Shown here in pieces: positions 12,853-25,810 of a stretch of 64,000 bases of DNA. The position numbers and the translations under genes are program-made. The notes beneath the pieces were generated by a model, which did not search any database, was not told the origin of the DNA, and worked only from the letters and a program-made list of their open reading frames with translations. Within the stretch, counting starts at the first letter, position 1; each line of letters starts with the position of its first letter. Source of the stretch: Lama glama (lineage: Eukaryota); NCBI GenBank assembly GCA_028534125.1, contig CM052816.1, forward strand, positions 66,342,001-66,406,000, given 5' to 3'.

Positions 12853-13054
12853 GAGTGAATATAGAAAAATCACCAACGTGATTTCTTATGAATCCTTAAA
12901 TAATGAGTCTGAGCATAGCTAGCACTTATTTGCTTTGTGAAACATAAGTGAGATCACAGTATATAAAACACACATATTATATTGTGATGTGCTCACTGCT
13001 TTGAGGAGGGAGACACAGTTGAATGACATTAACGGGAACATTTGCTCTTACTTA

Positions 13055-13174
<120 letters not shown>

Positions 13175-16100
13175 CTAAAACACAGCAATAAAAATCTCTC
13201 AAAAACTAAGGCAATGCATCTTGTGGGAAGTGATTAATTATTTCAAAAACAGTCATAACAGAGACCCTGAATGGTATCTGTAGTGTATAGCACTTTATAT
13301 TGTACAGTCTTGTTTTTCCTAATGATTTTTATATGGCAACTCTGCAATATTATGAAAAATTCTGTTCTGGGGAAAGAGCTAGCTAAAAGTGTCTTCCACA
13401 CAGGATCATTCCCATAAAGCAGCATCTAATTATAGAAAATAAAAAGATTACACATATCAAACTCTGTGGCTTTTGTATAGTTTAAAACCAGAAGAGTATA
13501 TTTGTTCCATCATGAGATATTTACTATCTAAGTACAAGCCTCTGTGAGGGGAAAAAAGAAGTTTGTGAAACGGTCCCTGCATTTTAAAACAATGCAATAT
13601 AGCTTCAGTTGACTCAATTGTAAAGTGAGACTAAAAATGCCTGCTTTGTGTGGATGTTTGGGTCAGACAGATCTGGGATTCCTGCTCTCCCATCAGAGAG
13701 ATGGGGGAAGGCACATGAGCCACTGCACCTCTAAAAACTTAAACCCTCTGAAGTCCAGCATGCTTGTTAGGGTGACATGAAATAACGCATGGAAAGTGCT
13801 TCACAGAGCTCAGCACATGAAAAATGTGCAATAAACGGGAAGAACTGGCTGTTATTCCTGAAATCTGGGGAGGCAAGGCTAACATAAGATGGAAGATTGC
13901 AGCTCACAAATGCAAGTTCAGGGCCTCCAAAAGAGCCACATGCAGTAGTGAAATCTGAGAGTCAGAGGCAGCTCCATCACTGAAATGATCCCTGTATATC
14001 ACGTATACTGCATAGTGCAGCTGAAGAAATGATTCCTCAATTCAACTAACGTTTGCCCCTTTGTCGTCTCAGGATCTGGGGTTATCACTTACAACCCAGA
14101 GCCCCTTGGTTTCCCTCTCTGCCTCTTTCCCTAGAGATTGGGCTTTGATTTCTCTGTCCTAGTATTCTAGGTGCATAGCATTTTGGACAGAAATGTTCCC
14201 TTCTTTCTGACTTCAGTCTGGATCCTCTTTCTCCCCTTCTCTCAGAGATGCCTCCACTGTACACCCAGTGCCTCCCAGCTCCCCCTAAGACTTAATATTA
14301 ATAGGTCTTGGAGGGAAAGCTAATGTGTTGGGTGACACAAAAAGAGGTTCCCTTTAGCATCAGAGTGAAGCAAACATCTCCTGGGTCTCCCTGCTGGATG
14401 GGACTCGTGCTGGATATGCTGTTCCTCATCCATAGGTGTCCTCCTTCTAAGATGCTTCCACGCCACCCTGGACTAACGGTCAGAAGCTCAAGACAGCTCA
14501 TAATCTCCTCCTAGTTTGTGAGGTTTATTCTATTTGGCTCCTGAAAGTTCAGAGAAGGGTGACTAAAGAAGGCTGAGGGAATCAGTGAATGACTCCAGGA
14601 GAATGTGGGGGTGTGAAAGAACACTGGAAATTCAGCCAAGGGTGTGACTTTCCATGAAGCCAGCAATAATTATGTTCTACTTTAGGAGCAGGGATAAGGC
14701 CGGCCTGATTAGAGGTGTTTATTAGGTAATACTATTGAAATAAGTTTCCAAAGGTAAGGTGAAAAGAGAGTATAGGACCCCAAATAGCAAAAGTGAAGCA
14801 AAACAAGTGGGGAAGGTCTTTCAGAACATACCACTAATTGGCAGAAAACAAAAAGAAAAGTCTAGATTTCACCACATGAAAAGTTGACAATTCTTTGAAT
14901 ATACGGGGGAAATGCTATAAATAAATTGAAATGATATATAATCAAAGAATATTGGAATGTTTTATTGTATTTTGCTTAGTATTTTATAAATATGAAAGTG
15001 TAGATGTTAGAAACAAGGGTATCAAAAACTGCATGTAATTGGGACAAATTTACAAATTTATTAGACAGAAGCCAGTCTTGAGCTTATTTGGATATTCTTG
15101 GATATGCACTGGATCGAATTCAAGTAACAGTCTATCCAACTGTGAAATCAGAAGAAAGAGAACCAACTTCCCAAAGACCGTATTGAAAAAGCAAGGTACA
15201 ACCAGAGATCGTGTAACGTATTTTGGCTCTCTAGGGGACAGAACCCCTTATAACTAGTCATTCTCTTTTAAAACTTAGGCACTTTTGTCTTGGTGTTCAT
15301 ATTTTTCAGAATACATTATCTACAAAATTACCTTTTTGCCTATTGTGAAGTAACTTTAAATAGCTTTATCTCTTCATGAAGTATCTTTTTGGCATTGATT
15401 AAGGAGACTTCTTACAGATTGGGAACACAATGCTGCTGCCTTCTCTACACAATAGGAGAAAACAGCCAATATGCCCGAGGCACTGCTAAAAGGTGACCCA
15501 GACCCTTCCTGTCAAGCATGTCCGCAACACAGACACTGAATAATGTTGTGCTGGAAAACTAAGACATTATTTGTTTCTTCTTGACCTCTTCCAGTGATGG
15601 CTTCCCTTTTCCTAAGATGTTAATTTTATTCTGACAGTAAAGAAACGAGGTCTAGTGTTATAAAACACATCAATTTCACACTGTGAGTGAAAGAACAGAA
15701 ATCAAGGCCCTGTTACATGGAGATGTTATAGGAAACCACAGGGTTGGAGAGCCATTATGTATCAAAATTTAAAAATAGAGAGAGAGGGACAAAAGCATCT
15801 TTGAAGAGAGAGAAAAAACAGAGAAGCTTTCAGACAGCATTTAAGTCACAGCAAGGGGCAGGATCCCCCATCGTACTCTGACTTGAAGCCAGAAACACAG
15901 TCTAATTGGAGGTAGTCGTCACCTAAAAGCTCTCAGGGAAAATAAGAAATTGCACCAAGTGGGGGAAGTGCAGTAAGAAATACAAAGAGGAAATTTCCTT
16001 TCAAAATGCGAAGAAAATAACAAAGAGTACAACTAAGCTAATAAACAGACACTAAGATGGCTCTGCATCGGTTTTGAGTATTGAAAACAATTTCAGGATT

Positions 16101-17647
16101 ATAAACTCATAAGCATTTTCTCTCCCATTATATTAGGAAGAAAAACAAGCCAGGAAAAAAAAAAACACTTCATTACATTTGACATTTACTAATGATGATA
16201 AAAAGGTTATACTGGAAAGAAAAGAACATTCATAATGTCAAGTGCTACTAATGTAATTAAATGTGAGAGTTTCAAAAGGTAACTGACTAAAATGGTACTT
16301 CTTCTCAACTTGCTCCAGACCCTGGTATTGCCTTGTTCCTCTGCTCAGTTGATTCTAATGACTGGAGATACCTGCTGGTTTTCTATAAACGTAGGCTTCT
16401 GGTGATTGAAAAACAAATGGAAATCGTTCCCAGAAAAAACGAGGGATAAAAATATGATTAAAAAATGAAAACTTTCTTCTGTAAGAATCAGCTTTCATTT
16501 TTCTCTTTTAAGAAAAAAAAATCATTTTAGTTGATTTAAATATTTTGATTTCTCAGTCAGGTTTTTAGGAGGAATTTTTGGCTTTAATGATAGGTTTGAT
16601 TAGCAAATATTTGAATATCTGTCAAGAAAAGAGCTGTAAAATGGAAAACATCAGCAGCATGATAAGTAGCAGCAAAGAACATATTCAGTTTGAATTTTGG
16701 CATTTTTGTCTGTTTTTGCCTCACATCTTTCTCTGGTGAAACATCTTATTTTTTTTAACTGGACGTAGTGCATTCTCAAACCCTTCTGAGGTCACGCAGA
16801 GATAATGTGCAGTTTTAGGATTGAGGAAATAGCTTTCATCTGTAAGATCTGGGTTATATTGTAATGTGTTTTTTTGTCTGTTTGTTTTGGTGGTTACTTC
16901 TCTCTGTATTGGATTAAAGGGAAAATGGAAGTAACCATTTGTAAAGAAACATAACTCAAATAATATCGCTACCATCAAAATACATTTATTGAAAGTCCAG
17001 ACAGAGAAAAATAGATTGAAGGACAGAGAACCCTGACATATGATAAAGTAGCTGGAAAAACCAAACCAGAACACATTGATGTTAACTGATCAACAAAAGT
17101 AACTTAAGTTAAAGGAAATAATACGTAATAACTCAGGAAAGAAATCAACAGAAATGGAGGATGAGAACACTGCAACATAAAATATAAGACACTTTAGCTA
17201 GTGAATTTCCAAACAGACACAAAGATGTGAAGCGGAATAAACACTCATTTAGCATTCAAGCAAGTAGTCATTGCTTAACTTGCACCTTGCTGCCTTTTGC
17301 CTGGAGAAGTTAATTTGAATCATCAGAGAAAGATTTAGTTATGCTCAATGTAACTTAATATTAATGCTGATTCATTCATTCATTCAATAAGGTAAGTGAA
17401 AACCTAGTACCAGTTAGGGACTGTGAGAGGTATTTATTAAATTTATTTTACCCATTCTAGATATATTTTTGTATATTTAAAAATTCTACATAATAAAAGC
17501 ATTTCATTAATCAGAATATCATATTCCTTATATGTCTGCAAAATATTAGACATGTAATATCATTTCTAAAAACCCAGACAGCATAGCAATTGAAAATTGT
17601 AATTGAGACCTTCTGTTCAGTGATGAGGTTCTCCAATTCACAGTCAC

Positions 17648-18088
17648 AGTTACAGGTTGTATTGTGTTCCCCCCAAAAGATGTGTGAATTCCTATCCCCT
17701 GTGAATGTGACCTTATTTGGAAATAGTGTCTTGGCAGATATAATCAAGTTAAGATGAGTTCATACTAGATTATGGTAGACTCATCCTACTACTAGTGTCC
17801 TTTAAAAAAGAGAAAACAGAGACACAAAGAGGGCCACATGAAGGCAGAAGCAGAGATCGGACTGATATATCAACAAGCCATGGAATGTCAAGGACTGGCG
17901 GCAACCACTGGAAGCTAGGAGAGAGGCATGAAATGAATTCTCCCCCTAGAGCCTGAAAGAGATCATGGCCCTGCTGATACCTTAATTTAGGACTTCTAGC
18001 CTCCAGGACCGTGAGACAATAAATTTCTGCTGTTTTAAGCCACCCAGGTTGTGGAACTTCATTACAGCAGCCCCAGGAAACTAACACA
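17648..18088 (+). mobile_element. MLT1 (MLT1B/C-like) MaLR solo LTR
   Basis: It contains gtgaatgtgaccttatttggaaatag and ggacttctagcctccagg.ccgtgagacaataaatttctg and ends ggaaactaacaca. The 5-bp TSD GTCAC lies at 17643-17647 and 18089-18093. Confidence 0.9.
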
Positions 18089-20391
18089 GTCACTGACCCC
18101 AGTTTGCAATCTTCATGATCAGGGCAAAAGCAATATAAATTTCACAGCTATCCTCATACCCCTTTACTACTTTACCGAAGAGAAAATACAGAAGATTAAT
18201 GGTAGTCTTATGGAGAAGCCTAACATAGTCTCATCAAGATGTTATGCTAAAATGCATAACTATATTTCATTTATGCAAAATTAATTCTATACAAAAAGGT
18301 GAGTTGGTATATCTTACTGCTTTAAAAAACTATACACACACACAAACACACACACATATACTTACATACATGGTTATTAGAAGGACAGAACACCATTGCT
18401 TGAAGAGAGATACAATTACATATTGCCTTGTGTCGGAATTTCATCCCCATATGACTGAGATGTTGTTACAGAAAAATCCAAAGTCATAACATACACTGAG
18501 ACACAATCCTCCAAAACAAAAGAAATATCTAAACGTTATCATACATCACTTCTTTTGTATGATGTTACTTTGCCCCAAGCTGTATTTATTTTTTCATTTC
18601 CATAAATAAGCAGACATAAAGCAGTACTGAATATAGTCTTACAAAAATGGTAAGCAAAACAGGAAGCTTAAGTATTTTATGCTTTCTTGTTGCACATTTA
18701 TTTTTGGAATGAAATAAGAACGTTTTCCCTTACAGTAGTTAATCTTCCATTAAAGTGAAATTTACAAACCACTTTTCCCTACTGATCTTGTGCAAACAGT
18801 CAGTTTGAATTCATTTACACATACTTAGTTATACAAGCATCTGTAAATCAAGCCCACATTTTAGAAGAGGGTTCTAATACACTGGCCTTTATAAATAATT
18901 GTTCAATCAATTTAGGTGTTCTTCCCACCTATTGTTCTTTATTCATCCTCTTCCCCTCTGCAGATTTTATTGATCAGATTTTCTTGGCATGATGTTTAGC
19001 TTTGAAATACTCAAACCTTCATTTTACAGCAGCATCTACTTCCAAGTAAAGCCGAATAAAATAAGCCTGAGGCAGAAGGATAAAACTTGACCTATTATTT
19101 CTTGGCAGTGTTACCATGGAAATTCGTCTTTCCTGGAAGAAAGGAGCAGTCATATATAGCTCTTTTTACAGGAGGCCTTAGACTCTTCTGTCAGCGAGAC
19201 CCTAACACATCTACCAATTGTATGTTTCTACTTATGGAAGTTGGAGACACTTTTCAGTAAATGCTATTTCAAGCTTAAAGAAACCCTTTTCAAGATCTTA
19301 ATAAAATTTACAATCAAAACCATGCAAAGGCATCTTTATTCATTTTAAGAGCTTGTTATCGAAGAACGATTAACACAAAGGCAGAGAAAAGATGCCCTTT
19401 TTGCTTTCTTTCTAATTAATCTTTTTGACATTCTTCTCCCCAGTGGGATTTTGATTATGCTCAACTTTGTCAAAAACGTTAGCCATAAATATTTAAATGC
19501 AGGCAGCTCAGAGATTTTAGTCAAAATTGGTGATTGTTTTTCTTTACAGAATGCAACTGAAAATGCTTGCATCAAATCAAATGTTCTATGTTTTAAAGCT
19601 TAATAGGCTTTTGAGTGGGACTATTATTGTGGCCCTAAAATTGGCAACTAACACTCAAACCAGGCGCCTTACAAAGGGATGGAGCTCTCACTCACACAGC
19701 CACATGCCAGCTGGTTGGTTGGATGGATGTCTGCTTAGGCAATGGAATTGCTGAGCTGAGCTTATAGGGATATCTAAGACCTGGAGGAGATGGCAGGGTT
19801 GAGGCGGGGGAGGCCGTAGAGAAGCCTGACTTCCCACAGGTTAGCATGGTGATGTTATGTGAGTTTCCCACGCATCAATAAACAGCACAGCAGGCAGCTG
19901 CTCTTGAGACATTTTGCCATTAACCCACCTCTGAGAGGGCTGCTACAGGAGGAGGTGTGGGAGGCAGTGAGAAATACCAAAGGGGCTGGGGCGATCTGAA
20001 GGAATGCAGAAAGGGAAGGAACTTGAACAAATCTTCCTCGTCAGGGCACCAGACAGTGGGAGATCCCTGCGGGATGCCCTGAACATCCCACACAAGGGAA
20101 TCAGCATTCAGATATGAACCGCACAAGAGGTTAGACAGGCTTCGCAGGAGAACTGTAATTCAGGACCAGTTTAGGTAGAGTCATCTGCCTAACTGTCTCC
20201 CAGAACTACTTTTGTCTCTGAAGAGAAAGAACTAGTAAAAGGAGGAACAGAAAAGGTGAAAGGGTGGCTCAAACTCCTCTTCCTGGTACACTACCGATCT
20301 CTGGGAATATGGCCAGATTGGAGGGAAGAATACGAGTGTTAAATTGGATACGACAAGAGCATTTTAAACTAGACTCAACAATGCTGAACTG

Positions 20392-21075
20392 TTTTTTTTT
20401 TAATAGACTTTATGTATTTTTCAGAGCAGTTTTAGGTTCACAGCAAAACTGAACAGAAGGCACGGAGATTTCCTGTATACCCTCTGCCCCACACATGCGT
20501 AGCCTCCCCTGTTACTAGCACCCTCACCAGAGAGGTACATTTGTTGCAGTAGATGAACCTACATTGACACATCATTACCACTTACCATCCATAGTTTATG
20601 TTAGGGTTCACTCTTGGTGGTGTACAGTCTCTGGGTTTGGACAATTTTTACAATGACATGTATCCACCGTTATAGAAACATAAAGAGTAGTTTCACTGCT
20701 GTGAGCTGGCCTTGAGACGAGTTAAGGCCGTGGGACCCAAGGCCATGGCCAGAGCCTTGAGATAAGTTAAGGCTGTGGGACCCAAGGCCACAATTACAGA
20801 GCATGTTTGTAGTATGCAGTAAATAACTGCTCCACGCATGCGTCAATTATATAAAATTTAGAACAAAGAAAACAGATAAAAGCAGGACAGGTGCATCATA
20901 GGCGCACCTCCCTGTGGCAATAAAATGTTGTTAACCCTGTGGTGTCTCCGGCTGAAGTCTGTCCAGCAGTATGGCAACTCCTCGTGCATTTTTTCGTTTG
21001 GGCCGCTCACCTCCTAGAACCCCACATCAGCCTCCCTCGGCTGACAACTGCCCTAAAAAGTCTGTGCTCTGCCGG
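20392..21075 (-). mobile_element. Old L1 3' end (L1MC1-like), split by an LTR
   Basis: The sequence gcagttttaggttcacagcaaaa...gatgaacctacattgacacatcatta...gtagtttcactgc resumes as actgccctaaaaa after the LTR. Confidence 0.85.
20700..21046 (+). mobile_element. 347-bp solo LTR with 5-bp TSD
   Basis: The termini TGTGAGC...GCTGACA form an imperfect inverted repeat. The TSD ACTGC lies at 20695-20699 and 21047-21051, and there is an AATAAA near 20918. Confidence 0.85.
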
Positions 21076-23189
21076 TGCTCCTTTTTTCAAATAAAAGAAC
21101 AACGACTGGAAACAGGATCTGTTCAAATTGTGGTCTAGGGGTAAGCACAGGGCATCGGGCAGGGTATGAATGAAAACGGGTTTGGATAAAAACAATACCA
21201 AGGCATGGCATTTTTACACCAGTGGGTTTAGACTCTTCACCAAATTACCTACCAGTGAAATACAACAACAAAATGAAGAATTTAGACTTAAGCAAGGCTT
21301 TACATATTTTAAAGCATATTCACATATATCGTTCCACTGAATTATTCTCTTGGAGTAGATCATTTTATAGGTGATGGAACTGAGAAATAAAGAGGTTAGG
21401 CACCTGTTCTAGGTCAAAGCAGTGAAAAATGACAGGTCATACTGAAACCCAGCTTTCCTCACACAAAGTCCAGTTCTCTTTCTAAATATTTTGCTGAATA
21501 TTGAAGAATTTAGGGTGTATTTTTTCACTCTACATCTATGTTGGATGTTATCATTTGGCAATTTAGCATTTGTCAATTTCACTTTCTCAAACTTCATTCA
21601 TTCTTCAAGCAACTGTGCCAGGTCTAGTCCCAAAACTCTATTGAAAGTGTTCATGCTAACATCATCAGTGCCATCCTGACCACCAAATCCAGCGGGTTAA
21701 TTTTTGGTCCTCATCCTAGTTGTCCTTTCTGAGACATCTGGCACAGATGACAAGCCCTGATTTCTTTAAATCCACTCCTCCAGGGTATGGTTCTCTCCTG
21801 ATTCCTCAGCCCACCTCTGCAAGCTCCTTTTTTTCTGCTCACCTCTCAAAGGCTTTGCACAGGCTTCTGATCTTCATCCTCTCTCATCCTCCTGTATCAC
21901 ACAATCTTCACAGTTTCAAAAGTGATCTAAAAATAGCTCCACCTTCCTAGGAAACCCTGACCACATTACTGTGTTCCAGACCACATTGCCATCATCGTAA
22001 CACAGATGTCTCAAATTTAACTCACACAGATAACTCAAATCACTGCAATTCTCTTAAACTTATTGTGTCACTAGCATTTTAAATCCTTTAATCACATCAT
22101 CAAATTTACAAATTTTCCCTACAGAACTTAGTCTGTAAAGATTACATATATTTTTGTCAAAAAGAAGAAGAAAGTGTAATTTAACAGAGTATCACATTGA
22201 GAATCAGGTTCTGGCTGAATATCTGGCACTTTTTAGCTGTGTGAACTTGGCTATTTCACTTGCCTCAGTGGGTTTTGATTTCCTCATTCGTAAGTGAGAA
22301 AGTAAAATTTCCAAATCTGTTTCAGCTCTACATTCACGGAATGCCTTTAAATACATTTTCCTCCCTCATAGGACTTTTGATCTAGTGCATCAGAATCTTT
22401 TTACTGGTGAAATTGGTCCATTAATATTTACCCTAATCACCCCTATCTTTGCATATACCTTTCCTATCTTATTTTATGATAGTGGGTTGCTTTCTCTTTG
22501 GTTGAATGCTTCTCTTTATTAGTTTGGAAGTTATACCTCATATATATAAAGTAATTATTATAATTTCAAAATTTATGTTTAAAATAAAATTTAATTCTAT
22601 CTTTATTTTTACTTCCCCAAGTTAAAATACTTAGAATAATCTGCCAGGCCCTCCTTCCTATTCTATATAATAATGTTATACAATGTTCCATATTTTAATA
22701 ATGTCTTAACTTGTTACTCACTATATTAGACATCATTATTTGTTTACACACACATTATTCATTAATATTTATCCTTACATTTTTCAGTTTCCCTGCTCAT
22801 AGCTTCTTACATCTTAAACTACCCTTCCCTATTTCTGAAGTGCATTCTTCAGAAGCCTCACAGTGAAGGTCTTGCGGTAGTAAACATTCTCCTCCTGTAT
22901 GTCTGAATATATGTTTATGCCACCATTATTTACGAACAATGTTCACCTGGTTTTAAGTTCTAGTTCTATCCTATCTGTTCTTTACAGCGACGTGCCCTGG
23001 TTTGTAGGCTTCAGTTGATACATTCAAAAACATGCTGTCCTTCTAATATTGTCCTATTTTAGGTAAATGCTTTTCCCTGAAGCTACTGCTGAGTTTCTCT
23101 TCATCTTTGGTAGTCTTTAGTTTTTCCATAATGTGGCTATACTTAAAATTCGTTTATTTGTGTTGCTTGGGGCTCACTGTGATTCCCTA

Positions 23190-23380
23190 GTGTGTGTGCG
23201 TGCGTGCGCATAAAATTGAAGTATAGTCAGTTTACAATGCTGTGTTAATTTCTGGTGTACAACACAATGCTTCAGTCATACATGAACATACAGAGATTTG
23301 TCCTCACACTCTCTTTCACTACAAGTTACCACAAGATATGGAATATAGTTCCCTGTGCTATACAGTATGAACTTATTGTT
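23190..23380 (-). mobile_element. Short lineage-specific L1 3' end with adjacent (TG)/(TGCG) microsatellite
   Basis: The sequence aattgaagtatagtcagtttacaatg...gaatatagttccctgtgctatacagta matches the reverse complement of the L1 3' UTR. Confidence 0.85.
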
Positions 23381-25389
23381 CTGATTCTCTATTTTGAAAA
23401 TTCTTCTCTCTCACTTCTAGAAAAAAAAATCTAGTCACTGTCTAGTCAAATTTCTTTTCTCTTATTTTTCCCCCTTTATTTTGGAATTACAATTAGGTAT
23501 CAGGTAAGCAGGGTGATCACACAGCCTGGGTTGCCCAGGGATGTCCCAGGTTATGCCCTGTGGTAGACCAATGAACCCTTACTTAACCAATTTATGGACT
23601 CAAAAGTTTTCTGGCACTTTTTCAATTTAATTCATATTTGAAATCAGGTCTAGATCTATAAAATAAGTTCATAGTTTCTGACATGGATTCTGTCAGTTCT
23701 AAAGAGTTTGCAAAAAGGTTTGGAAAAGTTCTAAAGGTCAGCTGAGTCACACACTGTAAAACTTGTTAGTTTTAAAATGGAAGCAGAACTGAGTGTAAAA
23801 TATATGGCTGTGGCAAGAGTTTGCCCCTAGAAGAGGAGTGTTTCTGTGCCTTGTGGGGTCTCTGCCCTGTTACGTCATCACGTTAACCACTCCAGCTCAT
23901 TTTTCTCTCTGGTTGGCTTTCTTCTAAAAAAGTGATTGTGAAAGAAAAAGTCACGCTGAAAAGTGACTGTATCATTCACTGCAGGTCAAAATCACAGGCT
24001 GGCATCTGACTCACAGAAGTGTTTCATTTGATTAACAAATTTATTAAACATTTTTAAGTCAACATTTAAGAATGTGGAGACAGTTACACTAGAGCCCAGA
24101 TTTCCAATTTCTTTTCAAAAATTTAAGAGATGGTAACAAACGGTGTCTGTATTGCTGTATGGCCACCCAGGGCTGAGGCTGGGTAGCAGCTGCCTCTTTC
24201 ACACCTTCAACTGACCTTCTCTCCTTTCTGTTGTTGCCTGTCCCCTAAGGTCCTGCTTTGGAGATCACCCCCCACCACTACCACCATGAGTACTTCTATT
24301 TATTCTCTGTTCAGAACCATCCTTTGTCCTCCTATCAGCCTGAGGATAAAGTCCCAGTTCCTCAGGCTCTTTGTCATTTGGCCCCAACATTCCTTTCTCA
24401 TCCCTTTCTTTACATTTGTATTTATAATATGTGTTTATTCTCATTTTTGATCCCTTTGTATCAGAATCGGACGGTGTTTCTCGGCCCCTCCCTATGTTCT
24501 CTGATTTCCGTGTCTTCTTCATGTGTGTTGGTGCCTACGGGTCTCCATACTCATCCTCTTGGTCTTGTGTTATCTCGCTCAGTAGAACCCAAGCATATCT
24601 TCAAAAATATATGTTCTATCAAATGGCTTTTCTTCTTATTCTTCTGAACTGTCTTAACCAAAGAATAAAACTAGTCCTTAACTTAGCCTAGGCAATTTAG
24701 TGTTTAAGTGAAATTTACATTTGGGGTCAAAATTTAGACAAGGAAATGTCAGGCTGTCTTTAACAAGTCAATATTCTGTCTGGGTTTAACTTCTGGTTAA
24801 AAACTAATCAAACATTGGAAATCTCTATTCCTAACATTGTGCTGAGAACTGAGAAAACACAAAATAAGCATCTAGGAGATGTAATCTCTAAATCAAAGAA
24901 TTTACTTCTGTTACAAACTGGCAAAATAAAGCACACAAAGCAGTATTTTATAATGTGCACAGTAAGTGCTAGAGGAATCAACGAAGGGGGCAGATTGAAG
25001 GGAGCCGGAAACAGCTCCAGGAAAGACAAGGCAGGCCCCCAGGGACAAGCCAGTTTTGAAGGTCAGAGGGGAGGTGGTTAGCAGACATAACCACAATCGG
25101 GATCATGGGAAAGACAACGGAAGTGAGTCAGGGAGTGAAGAGACTGGCACTGATGTTTATCCTTTGTATTTACCTGCCTTGACCCTCCTGCAGGGCCTGA
25201 AATAATGTTTATCTCTAGGTATTACAGAGGCTCTTGTTGAGCATCTGAAAATTCACCAGGCTCTGCAAATAGTTTAATTCCCTACTTCCCTTAAAAACAC
25301 AGTATCTGGGGGGAAGAACTAAGAACTGATTCTATTTCTTCTAGAGCAGAATCCATAATCTGAAATGAAAGAGAGAAAATGTAATCTAT

Positions 25390-25810
25390 GACCCAGTACT
25401 AGCTGGGTCAAGTAATTAAACCTCTCTGAATTTTCACTTTCTAGCTAAAATAGAAAAATATTATCTTCTCAAGGTTGTTATAAGGATTAAATAAATGAAC
25501 ATACTGAAAGGCTTCTTGTACATACTAGGTGCTCAATAAATGGGAACTTCCTCCCCCCCCAGCTCCCCCCAATCCCAGCAGCAATGTGTGGAGGAAAGAA
25601 CAAGGACTTCGTGTTAGAACAGCTGGGTTTGTACTCTGGCTCTGAGACTCACATGCTAAATGGCTTTAGAAATATCACCTAACCTCTCTGAGCATCAGCT
25701 TCCTGATTTCCAAAATGAAATCAATACCTAATACTGAGTTGAACTGTAAGCTGCAAGTGATAAAAGTTCTATATAAGCTAGAAAATGCTATAGGTAACAT
25801 CATTATTATT
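25390..25810 (+). mobile_element. Two adjacent MIR SINE fragments
   Basis: MIR core motifs occur twice: aacctctctga..., aaggttgttataaggattaaat, taggtgctcaataaatg, and later aacctctctgagcatcagcttcct. Confidence 0.65.

Noticed and set aside
20709..20790. Direct repeat with short spacer, superficially CRISPR-like
   Set aside because: There are only two units, inside an LTR in mammalian DNA, and no cas genes.
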